Of a stretch of 57,346 bases of DNA, positions 18,729-27,975 are shown piece by piece. The notes beneath the pieces are model-generated. The model saw only the letters and a program-made list of their open reading frames with translations. It was not told the origin of the DNA and searched no databases. Source of the DNA: Armatimonadota bacterium. GTDB taxonomy: Bacteria > Armatimonadota > SYMT01. Within the stretch, counting starts at the first letter, position 1. Each line of letters begins with the position of its first letter. The stretch lies in NCBI GenBank assembly GCA_046292385.1, contig JBKBRF010000045.1, positions 1-57,346 of the forward strand. Reading direction: 5' to 3'. Made by a program: the position numbers and the translations under genes.

Positions 18729-20065
18729 GCGGAGTCCTCACGGCCGAACCGTCGGGTGATTATGCCGCGCGGCATAACCCGGCGCTCCCGGAGCTGCTGG
18801 AGCTCGACCCGGCGGAGATCCGGTTCTGTCCGATCAACCCCCGGATGCTCGATGACGCGGACGAGTCGCTGCGGCTCCTCGCGGAGAACATTCGGGAACA
18901 CGGGCTCAAGCAGCCAATCACCGTGCGAGAGACCGGCGACGCCACCCAGCCGTACGAGGTGGTCGCCGGAGAACGCCGACTGCGGGCCTGCCGCTTGGCG
19001 GGCCTGCCCCGGATCCGGGCCTTCAACGAGGGCGCGATCAGCCTGGAGAGAGCGTTCGAGACCACGATCGCGGAGAACGAATTCCGCGAGCAGCTCTCGC
19101 CGATCGAGCAGGCTCGCGCGATCGAGCAGGCGAGAGGCGCCTTTAACTGGCCGCAGGAGAAGATCGGCCGGCTCTTCGGCGGCAAGAGCCAGAGCTGGAT
19201 CTCCCGCACCTGTGGGCTCCTGCGCCTGCCCGCTGCGGTCCAGGAGCTGCTCAAGACCGGTCAGCTCAGCCGCACCAACGCGGAGGAGTTGCTCGCGTTG
19301 GCCCGGTGGCAGGGCGAGCTGATCCGGATCGCGGAAGACGCCGCCCGGGAGAAGTGGACTCAGGAGCACACCGCGGAGATCGTCGCGAAGCGGAAGCGGA
19401 CGCTCGAAGAGCGCGAGCAGCCGTCGCTCCAGGTCATGGACGAGCCGGAGCAGTCGGCCGCTCCCAGGCAGGCAGCCGCTCCCGTCCCGGCGGCAACCAC
19501 TCAGGACGAGCTGCCGAAGGCGGATGAGCTGGTCGGCTCCATGCGGGACCTGCCCACCAAGCAGGATCTCCGATCGGAGCCGGCTGCCGCTCCCAGCGAG
19601 CCGGCGGCGGTCACCTCCGTCGAGATCCAGCCGGGTGACCGGGTGACCTGGACCGAAGGCGGCCAGACCTGGGAAGGCATCGTCGAGGGCCGCGAGGGCG
19701 ACGGCTGGGCGGTCCAGGCGGAGCGGCCGCAGCCGGGTCCCACCGGAGTGCGCGGGGACGAGCCGACGCTCCGGAAGCTGCCGCCGAAACCGGCTGCCCC
19801 CGCGGCTCCGCCGGCGACATCGTCGAGCACCGCGGCTCCCGCGTCCAGCCCGACGGCGCCGCCCCCCACCGGTACCACGCCGGCCGCCCAGAAGTGGGTG
19901 ACCTGCCTGGTCACCGAGACGGACCACACCTGGCTGTATAGCAACCTGCTCACCGTGAGCGATGCCATCCACCAGGCGCGCTGCCTGCACGAGGCCGCCG
20001 CTCAGCGCGGCCTGCGCGTGGGCGAATTCCTGACCCAGCTCAAAGGAGACGAGACCGATGCGTGA
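18725..20065 (+). CDS. parB: ParB/Spo0J-family protein (PRTRC-associated)
   Basis: NPR, GLKQPITVR, YEVVAGERRLRAC, ENEFREQLSPIEQA and HTH QEKIGRLFGGKSQSWISR; long Pro/Ala C-terminal extension. Confidence 0.9.
   Translation: MSGVLTAEPSGDYAARHNPALPELLELDPAEIRFCPINPRMLDDADESLRLLAENIREHGLKQPITVRETGDATQPYEVVAGERRLRACRLAGLPRIRAFNEGAISLERAFETTIAENEFREQLSPIEQARAIEQARGAFNWPQEKIGRLFGGKSQSWISRTCGLLRLPAAVQELLKTGQLSRTNAEELLALARWQGELIRIAEDAAREKWTQEHTAEIVAKRKRTLEEREQPSLQVMDEPEQSAAPRQAAAPVPAATTQDELPKADELVGSMRDLPTKQDLRSEPAAAPSEPAAVTSVEIQPGDRVTWTEGGQTWEGIVEGREGDGWAVQAERPQPGPTGVRGDEPTLRKLPPKPAAPAAPPATSSSTAAPASSPTAPPPTGTTPAAQKWVTCLVTETDHTWLYSNLLTVSDAIHQARCLHEAAAQRGLRVGEFLTQLKGDETDA
18760..18777. promoter_or_regulatory. 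Palindrome copy B, perfect TTATGCCGCGCGGCATAA (candidate parS/operator)
   Basis: Perfect 18-bp palindrome within the 5' end of parB. Confidence 0.7.
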
Positions 20066-20246
20066 ATTCCGCTTTAACGGGGCCATCCTCGCGGACCCCA
20101 ATCCCAACATGAGCGCCGAGGAAGTCCGGCAGATGTACGCCCAGGCGGGTTACCCCGCGCTCACCAACGGTAGTGTCGTCGGACCGGAGACGATCAATGG
20201 CCGCCAGGTCTACACGTTCAAAGCAGCCGTCGGCACCAAGGGATAA
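20058..20246 (+). CDS. PRTRC system protein C (ubiquitin-like)
   Basis: 62 aa; REFRFNGAILADPNP...EEVRQMYA..YPALTN...FKAAVGTKG ending in Gly. Confidence 0.9.
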   Translation: MREFRFNGAILADPNPNMSAEEVRQMYAQAGYPALTNGSVVGPETINGRQVYTFKAAVGTKG

Positions 20247-20408
20247 CGAGCCATGCCCGCAACCCTTCAGCGCGGCGATCGCCCGAATACGGAGCGGCGA
20301 GGAGACGGAGAACGGCGCCCTGGCGACGGTGTTCCTCACCGATCCGGACGCGCCGGAGATCGCCAAGCAGGTGGCAAAGTGGGTGAGGCCCGGAAGGGGG
20401 CGGCCGGT

Positions 20409-21470
20409 GTGGCCGCCCTCCGCTTCCCTGCCGCTCCTGCCCTGATCCTGCCGCGGCTCTCTCCGGCGATCCCCACGCTCATCGACGTCAACCGGTGGGC
20501 GCGGGACAGCGCGGAGATCGCTGCGGGGCTGCTCGCCGAAGGCATCCTCCAGGAGTCCGACTGGACCGGCAAGCTGGGAGAGTCCCTCGTGAAGGGGCTC
20601 TCCCGCTGGCTGGCCGAGCAGGGCGCGGACCTTCGGCACCTTCCGCTGGCACTCAGCTTCACCGACACGGTCGAGCACTGGTCGCTGGAGGCGAGTGCCT
20701 ACCACCAGGCGATTCCGGACGCAGATCCGGAGCGCGACGTGGGCGGCCTCGCGCTCCGCCTGCCTACGTACACCATCGGATCGGTGCACGTGGGCGAGCG
20801 CGTTCAGGCGCTGGAAGGAATACACAGCGGCGCCGGCTACAGCGTCCTCGGGCTGGTGGAGACCGCCCTCTGGCGCACGGTGACCGCCGCAAGCCCTTCC
20901 TGGGCGCTGGATCAACTCGAGCGTCACGAAGAGTGGATGGACTATCAGGAGCCCGATAGCGAGGCCGATCCGGACGAGCAGCGACTGACCCGCGAGGTGT
21001 TCCACGAGGAAGTCCCGCTGCAGGCCTGCTCGATGAAATGGGACTCCAAGCCGGTGAAGTCCGCGCTGCGGAAGCGGCCGCCCGGAGTCCTGGGCGACAT
21101 CCTCCGCGCCGCGGAAGACCTCGCCGCTCTTCTCACCCAGGTTCCGGAAGGACACCGCAGCGAGTTCGAGCGGGGCGCCTGCGACTGGTGCGATTCGATC
21201 CCGCCGCTGCTCCTGCGGTGGAGCCAGGACGACATCATCCCGCAGCTCTTCGACGACTACGCGGAGATCGCCCAGCAGGGGAACTGGACGGACGTGAACT
21301 GGATCTACGCGTTCCAGGTGAGCCGGCCCGAGACGATCCGTGAGGCCGCGCGGGCTCTCAAGCAGGTGATCGCGATCCTCGTGCGGGTCGACCGCCTGCT
21401 TGAACTCCTGGACACACCGACGCTCGAGAAGACGTTTGCCGAGGAAGAGCGAGTGAGGGTGCGTGTATGA
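20409..21470 (+). CDS. PRTRC system protein F
   Basis: LILPRLSPAIP N-terminus, ALEGIHSGAG segment and position after protein C; GTG 20409 with GGAAGGGGG RBS preferred over ATG 20253. Confidence 0.75.
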   Translation: MAALRFPAAPALILPRLSPAIPTLIDVNRWARDSAEIAAGLLAEGILQESDWTGKLGESLVKGLSRWLAEQGADLRHLPLALSFTDTVEHWSLEASAYHQAIPDADPERDVGGLALRLPTYTIGSVHVGERVQALEGIHSGAGYSVLGLVETALWRTVTAASPSWALDQLERHEEWMDYQEPDSEADPDEQRLTREVFHEEVPLQACSMKWDSKPVKSALRKRPPGVLGDILRAAEDLAALLTQVPEGHRSEFERGACDWCDSIPPLLLRWSQDDIIPQLFDDYAEIAQQGNWTDVNWIYAFQVSRPETIREAARALKQVIAILVRVDRLLELLDTPTLEKTFAEEERVRVRV

Positions 21471-22207
21471 ACGTGATCGACGACCTCTCCGCGCAGGAGA
21501 CGATGCAGCTCCAGCGCGCGATCCTGATCTACCAGTCCAGCTCATCCGGCGCGCTAGCGACCGTGCACGAGGTGAGCAAAGGCCGCCGCGGAAGCGAGAT
21601 CGGTCCCGGCCGGCTGCTTACCCGGGACGTCCTCGAGTCGCTGGCCCGGGATCTCAACCAGGCGCCCAAGACCCGCGAGGTGCTGTCGGAGCGGATCCTG
21701 TGCGCCGACGGCAGCCGCATGGCCTGGTGGCTCCCTTCGGGCCGACGGCCGATCTTCTTCCGCACCCGCGACCCGAAGTGGGACCGGGCGATGTCCGGGA
21801 AAGTGGCGCTGCATCCGCCGCTCCTCTTCATCGCCTCCCCGGGCCAGCTCGCGATCCACGCGCTGGCGGAGAACCGGCGGCCAAACGCAGATACTCCGCT
21901 CTTCGTGGCGCCCTACTACAACCTCTACGACCACGGGGGGATGTGCCTGGGGAACGTGCGACTGCCCGGGGCGCTCTCGGTGGACGATCTGCAGGCCTGG
22001 GAAGACGGGTTCTTCCAGACCAACTTCACGCACAGCAACTACCCCCAGGGCCAGCTCACCCGCCACCCGCAGGGCCACAACGGACTGTGGCGGGAGCTGA
22101 CGTCTCCGCGCCGCTGGGCCACCTTCATCCGCGGTCGGAGTCCGCGCTTCCCCGCGCAGTGGCTCACCCCGCTCAAGCAGACCATTGTGCAGAGGATCAA
22201 CGCATGA
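21467..22207 (+). CDS. PRTRC system protein B (E2-like)
   Basis: AILIY...LATVH.V, WWLP, HPPLLF, LFVAPYYN, GGMCLGN (candidate catalytic Cys), FFQTNFTH. Confidence 0.88.
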   Translation: MNVIDDLSAQETMQLQRAILIYQSSSSGALATVHEVSKGRRGSEIGPGRLLTRDVLESLARDLNQAPKTREVLSERILCADGSRMAWWLPSGRRPIFFRTRDPKWDRAMSGKVALHPPLLFIASPGQLAIHALAENRRPNADTPLFVAPYYNLYDHGGMCLGNVRLPGALSVDDLQAWEDGFFQTNFTHSNYPQGQLTRHPQGHNGLWRELTSPRRWATFIRGRSPRFPAQWLTPLKQTIVQRINA

Positions 22208-23025
22208 GCGCCGAGCACACCATCATCCCCGAGCTGCTGCAGCGCATGGTCCGGGTCCACCTGGTGGGCGCCGGCGGGAACGGGGCGCAGATGCTCACCG
22301 GCCTCGGCCGGCTGAATCACGCACTGACGACCCTGGGGCACCCGGGCGGGCTGTTCGTCACCGTCTACGACCACGACACGGTGAGCGCATCTAACGTCGG
22401 ACGCCAGCTCTTCAGCGAGGGCGACCTCGGCCGCGCTAAGGCGACCGTGTTGGTTCACCGGCTGAACGCCTTTTACGGGCTCCACTGGAAGGCGATAACC
22501 GGTCGTTACCCGGAGTCGGCCGATCAGACGCATCCCGACCTGGTGATCACCTGCGTGGACACTGCGGCGGCTCGGCGGGAGATCTATCGCCACCTGAAAG
22601 CACGGAACTACCATCCCGGTTACTGGCTGGACCTGGGCAATCGCCAGACGGACGGGCAGGTGGTCCTGGGTGAGCAGCCGCTCAACGGTACGGGAAAGGC
22701 GCGCCACCCGCGAAAGCCGTCGGCGCCGCCGGCGCTCCCCACGGTGGTCGACCTCTTCCCCGACATCCTGGACGAGCGGATAGCGGAAGACGACCGGCCG
22801 AGCTGCTCGTTGGCGCAGGCCCTCGAGAGCCAGGATCTCTTCATCAACGACCACGTCTCCCGGTGGGCGCTGCAGCTGCTCTGGGACCTGTTCCGGAAGG
22901 GCCGGCTGGCTCACCACGGCTACTTCGTGAACCTCGCGACCGGCCGCGTGAATCCCCTCCCGGTGCCCGTCCCGAAACCGTCGGCGGAGGTGACCCCCGT
23001 GAAGAAGGCGAGGGCCCGGCAATGA
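22204..23025 (+). CDS. PRTRC system ThiF-family protein (E1-like)
   Basis: LVGAGGNG, DHDTVSASNVGRQLF, CVD, YWLDLGN, PSCSLAQALESQDLFIN. Confidence 0.92.
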   Translation: MSAEHTIIPELLQRMVRVHLVGAGGNGAQMLTGLGRLNHALTTLGHPGGLFVTVYDHDTVSASNVGRQLFSEGDLGRAKATVLVHRLNAFYGLHWKAITGRYPESADQTHPDLVITCVDTAAARREIYRHLKARNYHPGYWLDLGNRQTDGQVVLGEQPLNGTGKARHPRKPSAPPALPTVVDLFPDILDERIAEDDRPSCSLAQALESQDLFINDHVSRWALQLLWDLFRKGRLAHHGYFVNLATGRVNPLPVPVPKPSAEVTPVKKARARQ

Positions 23026-23288
23026 GCGAGTTCAACTTCTTGGACCTCGACCTGTGGCAGGAGCTCTGCGAGTTCCTGGCGAGCCGCCCGCGGAAGTGTG
23101 CCTACGCCAGGTTCATTCCGAATCACCTGAGCCCGCTCGTATCGGCCGACGCCAAGTCGGCACGAACCCAGGTCGGCCTGATCTTCTGGTCCACGGGCTG
23201 GGGCTGGCGACTCCGAAAGAACTGGCAGGAGCGGCTGGCCACGCTGCGGCGCGACGGGATCCCGGCGGAAGGGAGCAACCCATGTTAG
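23022..23288 (+). CDS. Hypothetical protein
   Basis: ATGA-coupled to the ThiF gene. Confidence 0.55.
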   Translation: MSEFNFLDLDLWQELCEFLASRPRKCAYARFIPNHLSPLVSADAKSARTQVGLIFWSTGWGWRLRKNWQERLATLRRDGIPAEGSNPC

Positions 23289-23923
23289 ACGTGCGCTTCC
23301 AACCCCTCACGCAGTGGCCTGGCGCGCCGCGGAGCCAGCGCAAGCCGTCGCGGTTCCGGGTGATGTTCCCGGCGATCCTGGACGACTTGGAGCGGGAGCT
23401 CGAGTACCTCGGTGCGCGGGACATCCTCATCCAGATCGCCGTCGAGCCGAAGGACATTCGCAACGACGGCTGGCCTCGCTCTGGGGCACGGCCGTCGCAT
23501 CCCGGCGTGATCCTCAACTTCGCCGCCGGCCGGGTCCCCTACCAGTTCGCGTGCGACACGTACGACGACTGGCAGGACAACCTCCGCGCCATCACCCTCA
23601 CGCTCCAGGCGCTGCGGGCGGTGGACCGCTACGGCGCCACTCAGCACCGGGAGCAGTACCGCGGGTTCGCGGCGCTGCCTCCGGGCGAGGGCGCTCCTGA
23701 ATCGCAGCCCGAGGCGATGACGCTGGACCAGGCGGCGAAGCTGCTGGCGGAGCTGGGTGGATTCACCGCGGGGGCGCTCCTGGCCGACGCCGAGGTGGTC
23801 CGGATCGCCTGGAAGCGGGCGGCGGACCGGCTCCATCCGGACCGCGGAGAGGACGGCGCGAAGTTCCTGCGCGCTCAGAAGGCCCGCGATCTACTGCTGG
23901 CACACCACGGGAGGACCAAGTGA
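23282..23923 (+). CDS. Phage protein with C-terminal J-domain
   Basis: PGVILNF...FACDTY..WQDNLRAI.LTL.ALR.VDRYG; C-terminal RLHPDRG. Confidence 0.75.
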   Translation: MLDVRFQPLTQWPGAPRSQRKPSRFRVMFPAILDDLERELEYLGARDILIQIAVEPKDIRNDGWPRSGARPSHPGVILNFAAGRVPYQFACDTYDDWQDNLRAITLTLQALRAVDRYGATQHREQYRGFAALPPGEGAPESQPEAMTLDQAAKLLAELGGFTAGALLADAEVVRIAWKRAADRLHPDRGEDGAKFLRAQKARDLLLAHHGRTK

Positions 23924-24915
23924 GCGAGACGAGCACAGTCGCCGGTCAGATGCACGAGCTGAAGATCTGGCCGGAGTACTTCGAAGCGATCCGCACCGGC
24001 AAGAAGACGTTCGAAGTGCGGAAGGATGACCGGGGCTTTCAGGTCGGGGACCTGCTCTTGCTTCGTGAGTGGGATCCGGAGACGAAGACCTACTCCGGCC
24101 GCGCTCTGTTCCGGGACGTGAGCTACGTCCTGCGCCTGGAGCCGGGTGACTGCGTGGTGATGTCGCTGACGGTGGATCCGGATGCAGGCGGCCCCAGGCC
24201 AGCGACGGAGCCTAAGCAGATCTCACCCGTCCATGCGCTACGCCTGTTGGACTTCGCCAGAGAGCTTCCACACGTGGATCTCTGGTGGGACCCGGAAGGC
24301 TTCTCCCTGCAGGACGAGAAGCGCCAGGTGCATGCCTACTTCGCGTACGACCTCTCCGGCGAGGGCGACTTCGAGCGGTGGAACCGCCTGGCGAAGCTGC
24401 GGGCACACCTCTGCCAGCAAGCTCCGGCGGCCCTGATCGCGCTGGCAGAGGAGAACGAGCGCCTCCGGAAGGCGCTGGAGACGTTCGCTGCGCCGGATAT
24501 GTGGGAGCAGGTCGAGGGAGAAGTGTTCGGCCCTGACTGCCCCGACGGTCACAACGACCCGCTGATCTGGCTCGGCGCCGAGGACCCGATTCAGATCGCC
24601 CGCGCTGCCCTCGCTCCGCCGGAGGTGCCCGCTCAGACTCTGCACGTCTGGGAGGCTGGTGACTACGGGGAGAAGATCGTCGCGGCGAGCGCGGAGCATG
24701 CGGCCGAGATCTACACGGAACTCACCGGCGAGGCCGCCCCCTCGGAAGAGGACCAGTGGGAGCAGCTTCCGGACGACCACGTCATCACCATCACCTATCC
24801 CGACGAGCCGAGGGGCGAGGACGGTGAACCGGTGAGAGTCAGCCACACTGCGGCCGAGTGGGCCAACAACGGCGAAGGGCCGCGCTTCCTATGCCTGAGC
24901 AGCGACGTCTGCTGA
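23920..24915 (+). CDS. DUF3850/ASCH-domain fusion protein
   Basis: HELKIWPEYFEAIRTGKKTFEVRKDDRGFQVGD.L.LREW. Confidence 0.8.
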   Translation: MSETSTVAGQMHELKIWPEYFEAIRTGKKTFEVRKDDRGFQVGDLLLLREWDPETKTYSGRALFRDVSYVLRLEPGDCVVMSLTVDPDAGGPRPATEPKQISPVHALRLLDFARELPHVDLWWDPEGFSLQDEKRQVHAYFAYDLSGEGDFERWNRLAKLRAHLCQQAPAALIALAEENERLRKALETFAAPDMWEQVEGEVFGPDCPDGHNDPLIWLGAEDPIQIARAALAPPEVPAQTLHVWEAGDYGEKIVAASAEHAAEIYTELTGEAAPSEEDQWEQLPDDHVITITYPDEPRGEDGEPVRVSHTAAEWANNGEGPRFLCLSSDVC

Positions 24916-25135
24916 GCGCCTTCCCCCAGCGGCGCTGGTGCTACGTGTCGTACGTCTCCCTCCGCGGACGGCTCGACACCCCGGCACTCTGGTACCACGA
25001 GCACGCGTGCCTGGAAGACGCGCTCACCCACGGCGGGCGCATCCGGAACCTGTGGAGCGGAGAGACGTGGGTGGTGAGGGACTGCTACGGGACGATCCTC
25101 GCCACCCGCACGGCTGGAGACCTGGAGAAGAGACC

Positions 25136-25504
25136 ATGAACGAAGAGCGGAAGGGATTCGAGAGTTGGGCGGTGGTCGAGGTGCTGGGCCACCAGACGTA
25201 TGCCGGGTTCGTGAGCGAGGAGCAGGTGGCAGGTACGAGCATGCTCCGAGTCGACGTACCGGAGTTGTCGCCAGACGCGGGCGAAGCGGTACCCGCGTAC
25301 ACGAAATTCATCGGCGGCGGCTCGATCTACGCGCTGACACCGGTGTCGGAAGAGGTCGCGCGGGCAGCAGCGCGGCGCCTGTGCAACCGGCCGATCAGCG
25401 TCTACATGCCGGAGCTGTATCCGCCGGCCCCACCGAAGGAGCTACCGGAGACCACCGAGGCAGACTACGTCACCGAATACGACGACCCGTTCCAGGACGA
25501 CTAG
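25136..25504 (+). CDS. Conserved phage hypothetical protein
   Basis: WAVVEVLGH...AGFVSE...MLRVDVP...SIYALTPVSEE; GGAG RBS. Confidence 0.7.
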   Translation: MNEERKGFESWAVVEVLGHQTYAGFVSEEQVAGTSMLRVDVPELSPDAGEAVPAYTKFIGGGSIYALTPVSEEVARAAARRLCNRPISVYMPELYPPAPPKELPETTEADYVTEYDDPFQDD

Positions 25505-25506
25505 CG

Positions 25507-25791
25507 ATGAGCCTCCTGCGCACCTTCGAGTGCACCAGCTGCGCTCAGCCTGCCGAGGGAATCCCCTTCGGTGGGCTGAGCGAGCAGCTCTGTCACGAGT
25601 GCTGGTTCGCCCCGGGTGAGGAGCCGCCCAGCGGCATCGTCTACGGTGCCCACGTGACGCACGCCTGTGGTCATCGGATGCACTACACGCTGGAGCACGA
25701 GCCGACTGCCGAGCTGGTCGCGGACCTGGCGGCGCGGCTGTGCCTGGGGTGCCAGGGATCGATCCCGCCGAAGAGCGGGCGGAAAGGATAA
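25507..25791 (+). CDS. Small Cys-rich (Zn-binding) protein
   Basis: CTSC, CHEC, CGH, CLGC. Confidence 0.55.
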   Translation: MSLLRTFECTSCAQPAEGIPFGGLSEQLCHECWFAPGEEPPSGIVYGAHVTHACGHRMHYTLEHEPTAELVADLAARLCLGCQGSIPPKSGRKG

Positions 25792-25793
25792 CG

Positions 25794-26360
25794 ATGGCCA
25801 AACGACTGGATACGATCGTAGTGATCGACGTGGAGTCGACCTGCTGGGACGGCGAGCCGCCCGCGGGCCAGGTGAGCGAGATCATCGAGATCGGCGTCTG
25901 CACGCTCGACGTGCACAGCCTGGAGCGGATCGAGAAGCGGAGCATCCTGGTGAAGCCGCAGCGCTCGGTGGTGAGCGAGTTCTGCACTCAGCTCACCACT
26001 CTTACCGCCGCCGATCTGGAAGGCGGGGTCTACCTGAGCGACGCGGTCCGGATCCTGAAGCGGGAGTACTTCACGCAGGAGCGGCTGTGGGCGAGCTGGG
26101 GAGATTACGATCGGCGGCAGTTCGAGCGCAACTGCGCTGACGCTGGCGTAAGCTACCCGTTCGGAATCAGCCACCTGAACGCCAAGAGCCTCTTCGCGGT
26201 GTGCCGGGGACTGGAGCGGGAGGTGGGCCTAGACGAGGCGTGCCGGCTCTCACGCCTGCCGCTGGAAGGCACCCATCACCGGGGCCACGATGACGCATGG
26301 AACATCGCGGCGGTGCTTGCCCAGGTGCTGCGTCGGGGGCGGATTACGGATCCCTGGTAG
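25794..26360 (+). CDS. DEDDh 3'-5' exonuclease (KapD/ERI-like)
   Basis: IDVESTCW, EIIEIG, SWGDYD, HHRGHDDAWN. Confidence 0.9.
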   Translation: MAKRLDTIVVIDVESTCWDGEPPAGQVSEIIEIGVCTLDVHSLERIEKRSILVKPQRSVVSEFCTQLTTLTAADLEGGVYLSDAVRILKREYFTQERLWASWGDYDRRQFERNCADAGVSYPFGISHLNAKSLFAVCRGLEREVGLDEACRLSRLPLEGTHHRGHDDAWNIAAVLAQVLRRGRITDPW

Positions 26361-26399
26361 GCTGCTCGTCAGCTTTACGGAATCCGTATTGGCGCATTT

Positions 26400-26436
26400 G
26401 CCTGCAAATAGGTCGTGGTGTGTCCTATTTGCAGGC
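26400..26436. terminator. Hairpin between the convergent early and late arms
   Basis: Perfect 13-bp stem GCCTGCAAATAGG/CCTATTTGCAGGC. Confidence 0.7.
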
Positions 26437-26440
26437 GCGT

Positions 26441-27553
26441 TTACATCTCCACCTCGAGGACCACGCGGATGTCGGCGGTGGTCGGAGCCCAGTCCGGGGA
26501 GCAGTCCACTCGCACGGAGAGCTCGTCCCCGGCGGCAAAGGCAAGCACGTCCTTCGCCGCCGTGGTGACCTTCCAGGTGGTGTTGGTCCCGTCGAGCACG
26601 GCCGTCAGCGCGGTAGCAGCGCCGTTCTTGTAGACGGTGACGGTGAGGGTGCCGGCGGTCCGGGCCTCGTTGCTCTTGACGGCCACGGCGGTGACGGATC
26701 CGGCCCGCGGCATCAGCGCCTTCTTCGGGAAGGCAGCACCGGCCCCGAAACGATTCATGTCGTCCACCGAGCTGCCGAGCGGGTTGTCCGCGTACCAGCC
26801 TTCCAGCAGCATCCGGTAGCCGCCGCCCATGTTCAGGTCGCCGGAGCCGGCCGCGCCGCCCGTCAGGTTGGTGAGGCTGGTGATGTCGCCGTTCGCCCCA
26901 CTCGCCGCCGCTCCCAGGGCCGTCCGCGCGGCCGCCGCGGTCGCCGCCCCGGTGCCGCCCTTCGCCACCGAGAGCTGCCCGGAGAACTTCGCGTCGGTGA
27001 CGGCGCCATCGGCGATCTGCGAGCTGCCGACGGAATTCGCCTTCAGCGCGCCGTTGTCTTCGAGCGCGACGGCGAGGCGGGCAGGCAGGGAGCTGAGGGA
27101 GCCGCGCGCGGCCAGGATCTCGTCGGCCAGGGCGGCCAGCGCGATCAGGTCGTTGCGGCCGGCCGGGTTGTCGTCGATGCTGGTGATGGAGGCGGCGCCG
27201 GTGACGATCTCCGCCAGCAGCGCCGCGCGCGCGGGCGTCGTGCCGTCGGTGCGGGCCTCGTACGTGCAGCGCTCGGCATGGTCCGGATCGACCACCGCCC
27301 ACAGCTTGTTGGTGGCGCTAGGACTCAGCGCGACGGAGGCGGCCGCCTTCGCGAAGTAGATTCCGATCAGCAGTTCGGTGGCGTCGACGCTGGCCACCAG
27401 GCCGCCGCCGTCGGTGACGTTGCCGCCGGAGAGGACGCCGGCGCCGAGCCCCTCCAGCAGCGAGTCCTCCAGGTCCTGGAGGTTGGCGTTGTAGTCGCTG
27501 GAGCTGGCGAGCCCGGTGACCGCCTGGCGCAGCGCGTAGTCGGAGGCGCTCAC
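26441..27553 (-). CDS. Tail fibre / receptor-binding protein
   Basis: LSVAKGGTGAATAAAARTALGAA..GANGDITSL and QIADGAVTDAK fibre motifs; last gene of the tail operon. Confidence 0.8.
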   Translation of the reverse strand: MSASDYALRQAVTGLASSSDYNANLQDLEDSLLEGLGAGVLSGGNVTDGGGLVASVDATELLIGIYFAKAAASVALSPSATNKLWAVVDPDHAERCTYEARTDGTTPARAALLAEIVTGAASITSIDDNPAGRNDLIALAALADEILAARGSLSSLPARLAVALEDNGALKANSVGSSQIADGAVTDAKFSGQLSVAKGGTGAATAAAARTALGAAASGANGDITSLTNLTGGAAGSGDLNMGGGYRMLLEGWYADNPLGSSVDDMNRFGAGAAFPKKALMPRAGSVTAVAVKSNEARTAGTLTVTVYKNGAATALTAVLDGTNTTWKVTTAAKDVLAFAAGDELSVRVDCSPDWAPTTADIRVVLEVEM

Positions 27554-27556
27554 TGG

Positions 27557-27970
27557 TTACTCCTCCGGCCCTGCCAGCATATGCCAGTCGCGATCCCGCG
27601 TCGCCTCCGGCCCGTGCCCGCGCTCCAGCACCCACACCGCGCCGTTCAGGCGCACGGAGAGGCGGACGACAAAGCCCGGGCCCTCCGCGCTGAGATAGGC
27701 ATCGATCTCCATCGCAGACAGCATCGAGCTCGGCAGTTGGGCGACGTCCAGCCAGGTCTCCGACTGGTCTGTCGGCCGGCTCCCGCCCTGGTCCGGCGCC
27801 GCTTCGGCCCCGTCGGCCGGGAGGTCGGCGTGAGTGCTGAGCCCCTGGACATAGTGTCCGTGGCTCGCGCGATAGGCTTCCTGGCGCGAGAGGATGTAGG
27901 GCCACTGCGCGGTCAGGCGGGTAGAGATCTCGTCCCGGATCGCCTGAGCCTGGGGCTCGGTAAGCGGCAT
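27557..27970 (-). CDS. Hypothetical tail-region protein
   Basis: ORF in the tail operon; ATG 27970. Confidence 0.6.
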   Translation of the reverse strand: MPLTEPQAQAIRDEISTRLTAQWPYILSRQEAYRASHGHYVQGLSTHADLPADGAEAAPDQGGSRPTDQSETWLDVAQLPSSMLSAMEIDAYLSAEGPGFVVRLSVRLNGAVWVLERGHGPEATRDRDWHMLAGPEE

Positions 27971-27975
27971 CGTCG

